Virus record (IMG/VR): IMGVR_UViG_3300028920_000022
Coordinates: 394,730 to 458,729 of that record
Length of the DNA stretch: 64,000 bases
Strand: one strand, 5' to 3'
Part shown: one piece after another, positions 19,364 through 28,887 of the stretch
Numbering within the stretch: position 1 is the first letter of the stretch
How the letters are laid out: every line of letters starts with the position of its first letter
Translations under genes and position numbers: made by a program
The notes under the pieces: generated by a model
Databases searched by the model: none
Seen by the model: only the letters and a program-made list of their open reading frames with translations
What the model was told of the DNA's origin: nothing

Positions 19364-19695
19364 TGCGCTTTCCTCATCACTATGGACTTAAATTCTGGCG
19401 GACCACCAATCACAACAACATCTTCAGCATTATACTGGCATGGAACTTTTTCAAACCATAAGTTATCAAAAACTGTATCTGTACTTGGGCTTCCTATAAT
19501 ATATGAGTTGAATACACGTATCGTTATTGGGTTAATTTGTGAGTAAGGAAACGCAAAGTTAGCCTTAAAGACATGTTTAAGTCTGCATATATCAAAACGA
19601 ATAATATCGCTAAAGAACAGATTATTGTCTCTCCACAGATTTCTGGCGGTACCGACAATCACCCCTTCACATTCAATTAGAATGTTTGTTGACAT
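19360..19695 (-). CDS. Hypothetical protein, possible shortened tail-tube-like paralog
   Basis: STNILI..EG..VG, IRFD, SQINPITI, TVFDNLWF pattern recalled from myovirus tube proteins. Confidence 0.45.
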   Translation of the reverse strand: MSTNILIECEGVIVGTARNLWRDNNLFFSDIIRFDICRLKHVFKANFAFPYSQINPITIRVFNSYIIGSPSTDTVFDNLWFEKVPCQYNAEDVVVIGGPPEFKSIVMRKAQ

Positions 19696-19961
19696 TATTG
19701 TATTATGTTTTTTATAACGTATTCGTCACAAGAATACAAATCACCAACACAAGAATATAAATCACCAACATATATAATGTTATTTTCTGTTTTTAAACTG
19801 CACGCGAAAAACCCACACTTTTTACATTGATATTGTATAGCAACCTCAAACACATTATTATCTATAACCTCAAAATCATGTGTGCTTAATTTTTCATTAT
19901 TTATGGGATAATGATTCCACCGTCTTTTTATGATTTCGGAAATATTAATTTTGTGCATCAC
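19695..19961 (-). CDS. Small Cys protein, IKDIIE family
   Basis: YQCKKC; duplicated GDLYSC; ends VIKNIIQ. Confidence 0.6.
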   Translation of the reverse strand: MMHKINISEIIKRRWNHYPINNEKLSTHDFEVIDNNVFEVAIQYQCKKCGFFACSLKTENNIIYVGDLYSCVGDLYSCDEYVIKNIIQ

Positions 19962-20782
19962 CAGCAGCCTTCAAATAGCGTAGATAACCAAGCCAAAATT
20001 CCACCAAAGAGTAGAATAACTGCTGCTGTGGATCCTTTATGTGATTTTGGGTCATCGTAGTAGTCTGATTCTTCGTCATTTTCCACCGTGCGGTCTGCGT
20101 TTACAAAGTATTCGTATATTGAATTTAACTGTAGTTCGGCTGCTTGTACTCTAACTTCCTTCAACTCTTCTTCAGTAAAGGTTTCTTCTGATTCTATTTC
20201 TACTGGCTTTGTTGGCTTCCAGGATAATAGTTTTTTGGCTTTTTTGTTAAATTCATTAGTTAGTCTTACTACACCCTTTGTGTATAGAGACACCGAAGCA
20301 GTGTAATATCCGGCCAGGCTTAGCTCTTTTGAATATGCTTCTGGATTCCCCTTTATTACTTCTTGCCACGCTTTAGCGTAACGGCTTTTTTTAGATACAA
20401 AACGTATGTAATCTTCTGCTCCGTCAGTTGAGGTTTTGTACGCCCTAAAATGGGTTTGAATGTGGGGCGGATCAAACATTACCTGCTTTTTATTTATAAT
20501 TTCTCCACACCTGAACATTGTAAATAATTGTCCGTCATCAGTAATTTTATATTTAGGATTTGCATGACGCTTTTTTATATTACCAAAATTATAATTTCTA
20601 ATTATTGACCATCTTCCTGTTTCCAATGCACTCTGAGCCCACAACAAAGCAAGGGATTTATTACTAGGATAAGACTTATATATACGTTTCCAGGCATTTC
20701 TGAGAGCAACAGCTGCCTCTCCTTCGCTGAGTTCTGTAATCTGTAACGGAATGTATTGTTTATCTTTGTAATAATTAACCAT
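19958..20782 (-). CDS. GH73/FlgJ-like glucosaminidase with C-terminal TM helix
   Basis: AQSALETG, NYNFGNIK, FRAY, GYYTAS..Y; hydrophobic C-terminus. Confidence 0.75.
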   Translation of the reverse strand: MVNYYKDKQYIPLQITELSEGEAAVALRNAWKRIYKSYPSNKSLALLWAQSALETGRWSIIRNYNFGNIKKRHANPKYKITDDGQLFTMFRCGEIINKKQVMFDPPHIQTHFRAYKTSTDGAEDYIRFVSKKSRYAKAWQEVIKGNPEAYSKELSLAGYYTASVSLYTKGVVRLTNEFNKKAKKLLSWKPTKPVEIESEETFTEEELKEVRVQAAELQLNSIYEYFVNADRTVENDEESDYYDDPKSHKGSTAAVILLFGGILAWLSTLFEGCW

Positions 20783-20819
20783 TGTATTCTCCTTACTTTA
20801 GAAGAATACTGTACTATTG

Positions 20820-21275
20820 CTACACAATTATATCCTCAATAACCACATCATCGTCGGTGTACGAACAAGGAATTGTCCACCACTCTAGTGCTTCATTTAG
20901 AACTGCATTTCCGCTGGGATGATAACAAGAACCACCAGCAATACTTTTCAAATATGGAACTACTATTTGCTCACCTTGGATGGCGCTAGCATGCAAATGT
21001 TTACCGGGGTTAGTTGAAGCCAATATTCTACATTTTTTGCATATACAACTATATTCTCCAAAATTCCATATTGTTGTTGCACTAACCGACCTGCCTTTTA
21101 CAATAATCTGTGCCAAATCGTGTTTTTCGTCAAACTCACCGTAACGCAAACTTGTTACACATCCTTTTGAATCACGTGCATACCAACGAACCCCACACTT
21201 CACACAGAAATCATAAGTCATTCCGTTATAACTAAATTGATGCGGTTTCATTATTTTAGGAATTCGTAATCCCAA
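20820..21275 (-). CDS. Cys-rich protein, IKDIIE-like end
   Basis: CVKC, CKKC; ends VIEDIIV. Confidence 0.55.
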   Translation of the reverse strand: MGLRIPKIMKPHQFSYNGMTYDFCVKCGVRWYARDSKGCVTSLRYGEFDEKHDLAQIIVKGRSVSATTIWNFGEYSCICKKCRILASTNPGKHLHASAIQGEQIVVPYLKSIAGGSCYHPSGNAVLNEALEWWTIPCSYTDDDVVIEDIIV

Positions 21276-21910
21276 TTTTCCGTATCATCGTATAGTTTTT
21301 CGTATAATCCACGCAATTCCATTTTTATATTTCTTTCCGCTTTGTTATAATACTTTTCTTGAAAATACATCGTATAGAAAATTGGTCCTTTCAATATGCG
21401 CTCCAACAACGCCGCTCTTCCTAAAGCAAAATCCCGTGGCGATACATTGGTTCTGGAATACTCTTTGATAATTCCTTTGCGGTACTGTTCATATTCCTCT
21501 TCCCCCGCCCCTAAAATTGACATATCTACATCGGCAACAATCTTTGCTTCTGCCCTTTCTGGCTCTAAATCGTGCTTTGTTGCAATAATGAATTCGGCAG
21601 TGTCGTTTATTAATTTCTGATCAGATTTTCCTGCCATCAAACACACTCTAGCGATTGCTGCACTTTTCTCTTCGTTTTCCGTACCAAGAGGATCCAAAAT
21701 GATATCGTGGAACCAAATAGCCATCAGTGTGTTTTTTAAATCTAGTTTTTCCGCAATACCACTTAATTCCTGTCGGCATCGTAATATATGGTTTAGGTTG
21801 TGATAAGCTCTTCCTTCGTACATCAGTTCAATCGAACGCCATATACTTAAAACACAATTAACGTCAAGTCCCAGCGTATTCCAATCTTCTTTGAAAATAT
21901 CCTCTTCCAT
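21251..21910 (-). CDS. HD-superfamily metal-dependent hydrolase
   Basis: RAYHNLNHI, AIWFHDII, ENEEKSA, IIATKH, DVDMSILG. Confidence 0.88.
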   Translation of the reverse strand: MEEDIFKEDWNTLGLDVNCVLSIWRSIELMYEGRAYHNLNHILRCRQELSGIAEKLDLKNTLMAIWFHDIILDPLGTENEEKSAAIARVCLMAGKSDQKLINDTAEFIIATKHDLEPERAEAKIVADVDMSILGAGEEEYEQYRKGIIKEYSRTNVSPRDFALGRAALLERILKGPIFYTMYFQEKYYNKAERNIKMELRGLYEKLYDDTENWDYEFLK

Positions 21911-22464
21911 TACAGCTCCAAATAACAGGTAATCAGACCCCAGTGCAATATTATGTTGTCCTCACCAAATCGTTTATTCAAATCATTAATAAGTTGGCTA
22001 TATTTTTGTTTGGCTTCGTTTATTTCTTGCTGGATATCTTCTGGTGCCCAGTTTGTTGCCATCGAATTACGATCTATAGAAAACGTCCTATACATTAGCG
22101 GCAAATAGTAAGCTACTTGTTCATCTTCTTCTTCGGGGAAATTGTCGCCGAAATGTAATGGTTCTATATGGTGTTTTTCGCATATATCATCTACTTTAAT
22201 AGGTGGTAATAGTTTTGGGTCGGATTGTTCAATGTTAGCCTTAATTTTACCACCGCAACATGAACAAAACTTCTCTACCGGTTCACCATCTATGGAAAAC
22301 CATTTAGGATAAAATTGGCGATTGCATTTGTTGCATTTATAGATAGTTATTGGCTCCGTTAATAGTTGTAATTTGCCATAAACACACTCCAAATATGGAC
22401 CAATATAAAACCCTGTAGTTGGAGCGTAATGTAAGTTTGACTTAATTGGTTGGCTTTTAAACAT
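21910..22464 (-). CDS. Hypothetical Zn-ribbon protein
   Basis: CNKC, CSCC. Confidence 0.6.
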   Translation of the reverse strand: MFKSQPIKSNLHYAPTTGFYIGPYLECVYGKLQLLTEPITIYKCNKCNRQFYPKWFSIDGEPVEKFCSCCGGKIKANIEQSDPKLLPPIKVDDICEKHHIEPLHFGDNFPEEEDEQVAYYLPLMYRTFSIDRNSMATNWAPEDIQQEINEAKQKYSQLINDLNKRFGEDNIILHWGLITCYLEL

Positions 22465-22714
22465 CTGTTTCCTTTCTAGGATCGCGAAATGGTCTCAACC
22501 ACTTATCATCTTCAGGATCGTTTGCTCCATGCCGGCACGAATGACAAAACCCCTCTTTTGCTACTATTCCACCACACCCAGGACAGTTTAAATCCCTAGC
22601 CCTTCTCCTTGGATATGGAGACCACGCTTTTTCGGCTCTTAATTGGCGTAGCTCCTTGAGCCACTCAATCAACTGCTCGTCTTTATAATGATCTATTGCT
22701 TCGTCTAATGTCAT
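22457..22714 (-). CDS. Hypothetical protein
   Basis: MTLDEAI.H...WLKEL; CPGC. Confidence 0.6.
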   Translation of the reverse strand: MTLDEAIDHYKDEQLIEWLKELRQLRAEKAWSPYPRRRARDLNCPGCGGIVAKEGFCHSCRHGANDPEDDKWLRPFRDPRKETDV

Positions 22715-23118
22715 TTGTTTTCCAAATATTCCGGAGGAAACGTTCCCTTGACCGCCATCTTATATGCTTCACTCTTATTCCTTGGAGGTTTTTTACCTCG
22801 CTTCCAGGGAATCGATACAACAAATAAATGATTTGGCCAAATCCTGCCAATGGGCTCGGCACTAACTAAATTAGGCTCTCCGACCAGTATTTGATACCCA
22901 CATCCCCAACCCCGCTCAGCAAACCCACAATCCGCACAAATCCTATACGGAGGAGTATGATTGTATCCGTATGGGTCGTGTTTGTACTCTATTTCTGTAG
23001 TGTTCTTATGCTCACAGTTAAGCTGCATTTCAATGCGAGCTTCTTCAAGTGTCGCCGAAGCTACCTGAAGTGCTTGTTTTGCGCGATTGTACTTATTCCT
23101 CAGATTTAGCTTCTTCAT
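22711..23118 (-). CDS. Hypothetical protein
   Basis: ATGA coupling; CxH/CxxC. Confidence 0.6.
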   Translation of the reverse strand: MKKLNLRNKYNRAKQALQVASATLEEARIEMQLNCEHKNTTEIEYKHDPYGYNHTPPYRICADCGFAERGWGCGYQILVGEPNLVSAEPIGRIWPNHLFVVSIPWKRGKKPPRNKSEAYKMAVKGTFPPEYLENK

Positions 23119-23144
23119 ATCAAGATTCGAAATTGTTTATGGTT

Positions 23145-23642
23145 TTAATACCAACTTTTTTCAGGAGTTTCCCAATCGAAAAATACCGTGTCGCAAATTA
23201 ATGAAAAGATTCTATCCTGTGGAGGAAGGGTGTCGACTTCATATTTTACGTCTAATCGTGCACATTTATTTTCCAATCGTTTAATATCACGATTGAAAAC
23301 GTTTAGCTTCGTTTGCGTTTTCTTTGCAACCGCCTTTAGAACTTCAGAACCGATGTGAACATCCGCATCTTCCTGATCCATATCCAACCTAGCAGTCATT
23401 CCATCATCCCAAACCAGATAAGTCGTTATATCGACACTAGTTTTAACGTTTACTTGACAAGATATTTTTTGCGGTTCAGATAAACGTAAACATTCCCGAA
23501 TAAGCGGATATAACTCGGTTTTCGTTGGCGCCTTTAAATCTTCTTTTTCTAGTTTTTCTATTACTGCATCATAAACAGCTCTAGGTCTCTGGTTTTTGTT
23601 TAGGTATTTGATTCCTTTGCCAAACGAAAAATCCATGCTCAT
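23145..23642 (-). CDS. Hypothetical protein
   Basis: ATGA coupling with the ATPase. Confidence 0.6.
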   Translation of the reverse strand: MSMDFSFGKGIKYLNKNQRPRAVYDAVIEKLEKEDLKAPTKTELYPLIRECLRLSEPQKISCQVNVKTSVDITTYLVWDDGMTARLDMDQEDADVHIGSEVLKAVAKKTQTKLNVFNRDIKRLENKCARLDVKYEVDTLPPQDRIFSLICDTVFFDWETPEKSWY

Positions 23643-24460
23643 TCCTCTCCCTCAATCTCATCACCCATGTTCTGTAACCGTACTATCGCTTCCCGATAGT
23701 CCGTATCAAAAAACGCCACAGATATGAATAACTCCTTCAAATGAGCTAAACTTAATCCCTCGGAATCTTTTGACCACACATCAATGGGAAGTTGACTAAA
23801 ATCCTCAGATTGATTTATTAAATGCTGTAAATAAGCAAATCTCACCTTTTCACTAGGATACCCAATCTCTACACACCGATCAAATCTGCTCGGTCTGTCC
23901 TTTATTCGCCCAGCTAATGCCCCAATGTTGTTCGTTGTAGCTAAAAACACTACCTTGTCATATCCACCAATTCCATCCAACATGTTGAGAATGTCAGATT
24001 CGTCATAATACTCCAGCAAATGATCTATATCTTCCATCACTACTACTATGGGAGTCTCCGGTTGAACATTCCTAAATGACCCCATGTTGGCGGTAAAAAC
24101 ATTATAATTTTTGCAAAGAACCCCTATTCCTCCAGCCGCCACTACATCATTTAATATCATCTTGATCGCACAGCTTTTGCCAGTCCCGTGCGGTCCATAA
24201 AATAAAATCCCCCGCCTAAATGTAAAATTGTTTCGCCTGAATAATTCTTCTTTTTTCCAAAATGACGATATTTCTTTTACTATTTCATCGATTATTGAAT
24301 CTTCAAATTTAACTAAATCTGTGTTTTCTTCAATTTTAGATAGATAAGCCTCTCCCATCCCGTTGGCAGACGGTAAGTATATCCCAGATGGCAGATTCTC
24401 AAATTTAGTGTGCTCTTGCCTGGGAAAAAAATCTATGTTGTTCTTGGTCTGCCAGTGCAT
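23639..24460 (-). CDS. AAA+ ATPase
   Basis: GILFYGPHGTGKS, VVMEDID, LNMLDG, ATTN, DRPSRFDR. Confidence 0.92.
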   Translation of the reverse strand: MHWQTKNNIDFFPRQEHTKFENLPSGIYLPSANGMGEAYLSKIEENTDLVKFEDSIIDEIVKEISSFWKKEELFRRNNFTFRRGILFYGPHGTGKSCAIKMILNDVVAAGGIGVLCKNYNVFTANMGSFRNVQPETPIVVVMEDIDHLLEYYDESDILNMLDGIGGYDKVVFLATTNNIGALAGRIKDRPSRFDRCVEIGYPSEKVRFAYLQHLINQSEDFSQLPIDVWSKDSEGLSLAHLKELFISVAFFDTDYREAIVRLQNMGDEIEGEE

Positions 24461-24481
24461 CCTAGTCCCAGCCGAAACGCA

Positions 24482-24511
24482 ATCCTACCACCCACTTCGC
24501 CTTAAAGTCAA
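24482..24511 (-). promoter_or_regulatory. Sigma70-like promoter for the AAA ATPase
   Basis: TTGACT-18 nt-TAGGAT on the minus strand. Confidence 0.45.
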
Positions 24512-24626
24512 GCACAAATTAATACTCTTTTTCTTAGCTTCCATTTCCATAATACATTAGATGTGTCAACCGTTTTTATATGGGATGTGTCAATCGTTCC
24601 TATTACTTTCCCATTAACTATAATGT

Positions 24627-25331
24627 CTACTTTGTCGGAGATTTCCATGTTCTGCAACTCCAATTTTCCGGAACTATAAATTCAGGATCCTGCTCCGCTA
24701 TCTTCTTTACAAAATTGTCCACATGCCGACATCGACGAATTGCTTTCTTGCCTACCCAATATTTGCCGTTCCGCCGTGGTGAACATTTTCCCCTGCCATA
24801 AGAATCTATCCATACCGCAGGAGGTCCCCCACAATCCCTCTTGTATTTCTCCAATAAAGCATAAGCAAATGCTACATTCGTTGCTGGATCCCTTAGTTTC
24901 TTTAATGTTAAGCCCGCCCAAGGTCTCCCAATCTGTGGATCCATCTCTTCCCATGTTTTAACCCAGCTAGGAGCCATTCTACTAATCTGCATCGGTCCAA
25001 TGCTCTGCCCTACACTTTTGGGTTTTAAACTTATATTACAGGGTCCTGGACGGGTACATGATAAATATCCTCCCACTACCCTCGGATCCCCGTCCCTCCC
25101 ATGCCGACGATACCTCGATTCCTCAAATGACATCGCCGCCAATATCGTCGGATCTATGTACTCGTTTACTAATTTCCCACGAGATCCAGTCTCACTGAAA
25201 TATTCCCCCAACGCTTGAACATCTTCTCGGTGTTGGATATGAATCTTTTTCTGAGAATGTTCAATTGTGGGAGCTTCTTTGTACAATAAAGAAAACATGC
25301 ATAAAATTAATAGTTTAGTGTAGGTTATCAT
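24627..25331 (-). CDS. Exported lytic transglycosylase (SLT-like)
   Basis: LAAMSFEESRY, GPMQI, LRDPATNVAFAY; signal peptide. Confidence 0.75.
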   Translation of the reverse strand: MITYTKLLILCMFSLLYKEAPTIEHSQKKIHIQHREDVQALGEYFSETGSRGKLVNEYIDPTILAAMSFEESRYRRHGRDGDPRVVGGYLSCTRPGPCNISLKPKSVGQSIGPMQISRMAPSWVKTWEEMDPQIGRPWAGLTLKKLRDPATNVAFAYALLEKYKRDCGGPPAVWIDSYGRGKCSPRRNGKYWVGKKAIRRCRHVDNFVKKIAEQDPEFIVPENWSCRTWKSPTK

Positions 25332-26104
25332 TCGTTGTCCTCCAATAGTTGTTTTTGCTCTTCAAGACATAATCTGGTTATTACTGTCCTCGATACACCT
25401 AAGTTTTTTGCCATGTCCCGCCTGGATACTTTGGCTCGTCTCCATTCCCTAATCTTCGTTAATAACTCAGGTGTACTCTCTAAATATACATTCTGCTTTC
25501 GATTCTCTATCTTGGCATGCTTTATCCCAGTAACAGAAGATCGGTTCCTGCCACTTAGAATTGCTTGAACCGTTGCCATCGAAATATCAAATATTCCCGC
25601 TAATTCGTCCTGAGTCTTGTCCGTTTCCTTGGACATTCTTACCAACTCTAATACCTCTTTGTCGTCTAATTGTTTGCGAGGTGGCGTTATTATGGCGGTC
25701 ACTGGGTCCCATCCATTTCTAATTCTTAAGTATAAAGCATTAGGGCTTAACCCCTTTACTTCCGCCCACTCTGGAATTGTTTTTGTTACGCTTCCAATAG
25801 TTATTTTAACCGTATCTTCGCGATTTAGGTTTTGCTCCTGATTTGTTGCCCAACGGCAATTACCGGGTTCATAGTTTCCATTATTATCTATACGTTCAAT
25901 AGATTGTTCTGATGAGCGTTCTCCCATATCTTCTTTAAATGCTTCAAAAGAATTCCTCCACCTTTCACAAATTTGAACCCCTCTACCCCCGTATCGGTGG
26001 TAACTTTTATGTTTGGGGTTTGTGCATCTTTGAATCATTGCCATCCAGGTGATGTAAGTTGGGGTTCTAAAACCGGGTGCTGCGTGTCCGTGATGTTTTG
26101 ACAT
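25328..26104 (-). CDS. Free-standing HNH homing endonuclease with C-terminal HTH repeats
   Basis: TW.AM.QRC.NP...Y.RYGGRG..ICERW, SIERIDNNGNYEPGNCRWAT..EQ. Confidence 0.9.
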   Translation of the reverse strand: MSKHHGHAAPGFRTPTYITWMAMIQRCTNPKHKSYHRYGGRGVQICERWRNSFEAFKEDMGERSSEQSIERIDNNGNYEPGNCRWATNQEQNLNREDTVKITIGSVTKTIPEWAEVKGLSPNALYLRIRNGWDPVTAIITPPRKQLDDKEVLELVRMSKETDKTQDELAGIFDISMATVQAILSGRNRSSVTGIKHAKIENRKQNVYLESTPELLTKIREWRRAKVSRRDMAKNLGVSRTVITRLCLEEQKQLLEDNE

Positions 26105-26178
26105 TTTTTATTCCTTATGTTAGGGGGAACGGAACTGTTCCCTACTCTAACATATATCACGGCAACGTCAAGGCTGCA

Positions 26179-26859
26179 TCATAATTTTTTTTCGTTTTTT
26201 TCGGTAAAGCAACATCTTCCCGATGTGTCATAGTAATGCCAATATGGGGAATGAGAAGTAATCAAAGCAGCGCAACTTCTCGGTTCAGCCCAAAATCTAG
26301 AAGCCAAGCACCAACCTTCTTGCCCCTGGTTACACCGCACCCACTCTTCGGCATTTCCCATCATATCCCAAGCGCCACTTTGGGAAACGCAGGATTTACG
26401 ATTACCAGCAGGTTCGCTTTGATCCAGGTATTCCATTTCTTTTTCATCGCGAATAAAGACTTTATATTCATCAGCTCCGCGATATCTTTTATCATAATTG
26501 CACAAACCGGTATTATCGCCAGGAACGAATTTAGGCAATTCATCGCCGAAGGGATATTTTTTACCTTGAGGACCTTCGCAGGCAGCGATCCATTCTTCTG
26601 CGGTACAGGGTCTTTTTCCTACGGATTTACAAAGTTCATCAATATTCATTATTTTATCGTCATCGTAAGGTTCTGGCAGGGCACTCAGACCTAGGAGAGG
26701 TTTATGACCTTTAATATTTGGCCATTCGTATTTATCTATACAGGCGGTTGGGGTAGCTGGGACCATACCTTCTGGGCAAGGATTTTTAGGAGTAAAAGTG
26801 CCACCTAAACTACTAAATAGTAAAACGGCGGTCAGAGTTGTGTAAGCAATTCGTTTCAT
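26179..26859 (-). CDS. Exported FGE-sulfatase/SUMF1-family domain protein
   Basis: CPEGMV, IDKYEW, GKRPCTAEEWIAACEG, YPFG, WDMMGNAEEWV. Confidence 0.85.
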   Translation of the reverse strand: MKRIAYTTLTAVLLFSSLGGTFTPKNPCPEGMVPATPTACIDKYEWPNIKGHKPLLGLSALPEPYDDDKIMNIDELCKSVGKRPCTAEEWIAACEGPQGKKYPFGDELPKFVPGDNTGLCNYDKRYRGADEYKVFIRDEKEMEYLDQSEPAGNRKSCVSQSGAWDMMGNAEEWVRCNQGQEGWCLASRFWAEPRSCAALITSHSPYWHYYDTSGRCCFTEKNEKKL

Positions 26860-27013
26860 GGTCTCCTTTTGAGGTGTAAAACGGACCGTACTTCTCTTTC
26901 GAAAAGGTCTCTCCTGGACAGTCGCACCGGCAGAATTCCTCGCCTAAGCGGACCTAGTGCTTTCTATGTTATTTATGATTAATAATTAGCATATTTGAGG
27001 TAGGGAAATGTAA

Positions 27014-27259
27014 TTATTTGTAGTTTTTCCAATCTGCGGTAGATTTGAAGATTGGTGGATTTTGTTTTTCTTTTTTGACTCTTTGTTCGCTTTCTTGTTT
27101 AAGGCGGGCGATTTCTTTTGCTGCGATTTGATCCAGATATCCGCACATATCGCATGCATACCCTGGAGTATATATTCCCAGATATTGTCCTTTAGTTGGG
27201 TAGCCACATTTGGGACAATCTTCGTTACTAGCGGTGTGATATTTTTTGAACCAAGACAT
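27014..27259 (-). CDS. Small zinc-ribbon protein
   Basis: CPKC...CDMC. Confidence 0.6.
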   Translation of the reverse strand: MSWFKKYHTASNEDCPKCGYPTKGQYLGIYTPGYACDMCGYLDQIAAKEIARLKQESEQRVKKEKQNPPIFKSTADWKNYK

Positions 27260-27270
27260 TTTGACCTTTG

Positions 27271-27525
27271 TTATGTAATTATGTTCTGAATTATAAAATC
27301 ATTACAATTTATTTGTTCAGGATTCAATGCCGTAGCAATACTTATCTGAGAAATATAAAAATTTATTTCATTTTGAAATATTCCTTTAAATATTATTAAT
27401 CCGCAATTCTGGCATTGCCAATATTTTGGACGAATATCGTTAATCAAATTAATACCATCATTAAGTTTTGCAACCTCTTCTGCTGTTAACTCCTTCAGTT
27501 CGTGTGTACCTATTTTGAGACTCAT
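27271..27525 (-). CDS. Small Cys protein, IKDIIE family
   Basis: YWQCQNC; PEQINC; ends IIQNIIT. Confidence 0.6.
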   Translation of the reverse strand: MSLKIGTHELKELTAEEVAKLNDGINLINDIRPKYWQCQNCGLIIFKGIFQNEINFYISQISIATALNPEQINCNDFIIQNIIT

Positions 27526-27929
27526 TCTATTATATCTTTGATTATTTTTTCATTTTCGGTTAAAAATTCTTCTCTATACACGTTATCTGCTACCCACGAT
27601 ACTCTTAAAGAATTGCTATGAGAATATCCAGTTAAGATAGCGTTACAAACATGGGTAATATATTTTTTATGATTTTCTTTCCAACCGAACATAAAATGAA
27701 ATTTATTATCCACACTGGTTCCACGAAAACGTTCTTTTACAAAATGTTCGATATCAAAGTTTTCGTCAAATAAAATCAAACCTTCTAATTCACCATGAAC
27801 ATCTTCATATCTTCCGCAATATTCGACGGTCATGGTGAGGCTATAAGCCCAACCGATAATTTCTTCGTTGTACAGTACTTGAACACTATTCGATAATGTA
27901 GCGAATGTCGATATTAGTTCTACAGGCAT
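27522..27929 (-). CDS. Hypothetical protein (possible tail-tube-like), IKDIIE family
   Basis: Ends KIIKDIIE; ATGA coupling. Confidence 0.6.
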   Translation of the reverse strand: MPVELISTFATLSNSVQVLYNEEIIGWAYSLTMTVEYCGRYEDVHGELEGLILFDENFDIEHFVKERFRGTSVDNKFHFMFGWKENHKKYITHVCNAILTGYSHSNSLRVSWVADNVYREEFLTENEKIIKDIIE

Positions 27930-28272
27930 CGCACAGAGTACGATGCCAGCTTAATTCGTCTCGAAGTTTTCCTGGTTTACCACAATCTTCGCAAACGTGG
28001 TCGCTTTTATTTTCGGCTTCCATAACCAAATCTTGAACTATTTTAATTTCTTGTTCCGTTACATTTGGGTAACTTAAATATCTATAACCAAATCTCAAAC
28101 CTCCCAACTTTTCTTTAATGTAGGTAGCTTCAATTTTAATATCTGTTTTTTGAATTTCTATACATAATTCACGCAGGAGTTCGTACCAACCATCTCCGCA
28201 CCCTATGTAGACGTGGGATACAAAGATTTTGGGGAATTCTTGACGCAATTTGTCGGTTAATTCTGGGCTCAT
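27886..28272 (-). CDS. Conserved phage protein, IKDIIE-like end
   Basis: GDGWYELL, IKEKLGGLRF, CEDCGKPG, TLC..C; ends DIRYIIE. Confidence 0.7.
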   Translation of the reverse strand: MSPELTDKLRQEFPKIFVSHVYIGCGDGWYELLRELCIEIQKTDIKIEATYIKEKLGGLRFGYRYLSYPNVTEQEIKIVQDLVMEAENKSDHVCEDCGKPGKLRDELSWHRTLCDACRTNIDIRYIIE

Positions 28273-28703
28273 TCTATTATATCCTTAATGATACGTTCGT
28301 TTTCGTTTTTTTCTACGTCTTGTGGAAGGAACTTGTAAATTATAAACATGCATGGTTCGGTCAAAATATTCTTTGCATTACACTTTTCTAAAATGTCAAA
28401 AATAATAATTATAATAATAGGCAGTAAAACTATTGGATATGCCCACAAAAGTAAAAACAGAATTATCGGCGGGTATTCTTTGAAAAAACCATTAATACCA
28501 GCCTGGACATCTGTTTTGTATATTTTGTCGCCTGCGTGTAATTCTATTTTGTATATCATTTCTGTAAGTATAAATGCCAAACAAAAAGGGAATCCCATAA
28601 GATACATAGTCAGCAATCCCCACGGCATAGGGGACAATTTAGCAACTCCCATGCCGGCGAGGAAGAAAATGATGCTACCTATTAGAAAGTTTCTTATTTT
28701 CAT
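28269..28703 (-). CDS. Membrane protein, IKDIIE family
   Basis: Three TM segments; ends RIIKDIIE. Confidence 0.65.
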   Translation of the reverse strand: MKIRNFLIGSIIFFLAGMGVAKLSPMPWGLLTMYLMGFPFCLAFILTEMIYKIELHAGDKIYKTDVQAGINGFFKEYPPIILFLLLWAYPIVLLPIIIIIIFDILEKCNAKNILTEPCMFIIYKFLPQDVEKNENERIIKDIIE

Positions 28704-28887
28704 TTCTAGCTTTTTCGCTAATGCCCGTCCCCAAACAGCCTGGACATGTCTTCATTTTTCCTGTAAAAACGCATTCTATAAACTCTGAGCCAAATGTAGA
28801 GCGGTATATTACTTCGCATACCGTTTTGTTCCCCTCACAAATTCCGCAATAAATCATTCCACATAAGGCGCCGCTATTTTCAAACAT
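28675..28887 (-). CDS. Small DnaJ-like zinc-finger protein
   Basis: CGICEG...CPGCLGTG. Confidence 0.5.
   Translation of the reverse strand: MFENSGALCGMIYCGICEGNKTVCEVIYRSTFGSEFIECVFTGKMKTCPGCLGTGISEKARNENKKLSNR

Noticed and set aside
24461-24550. TAG read-through N-terminal extension of the AAA ATPase
   Set aside because: The TAG is part of a -10 element (TAGGAT) and the upstream peptide is not ATPase-like.
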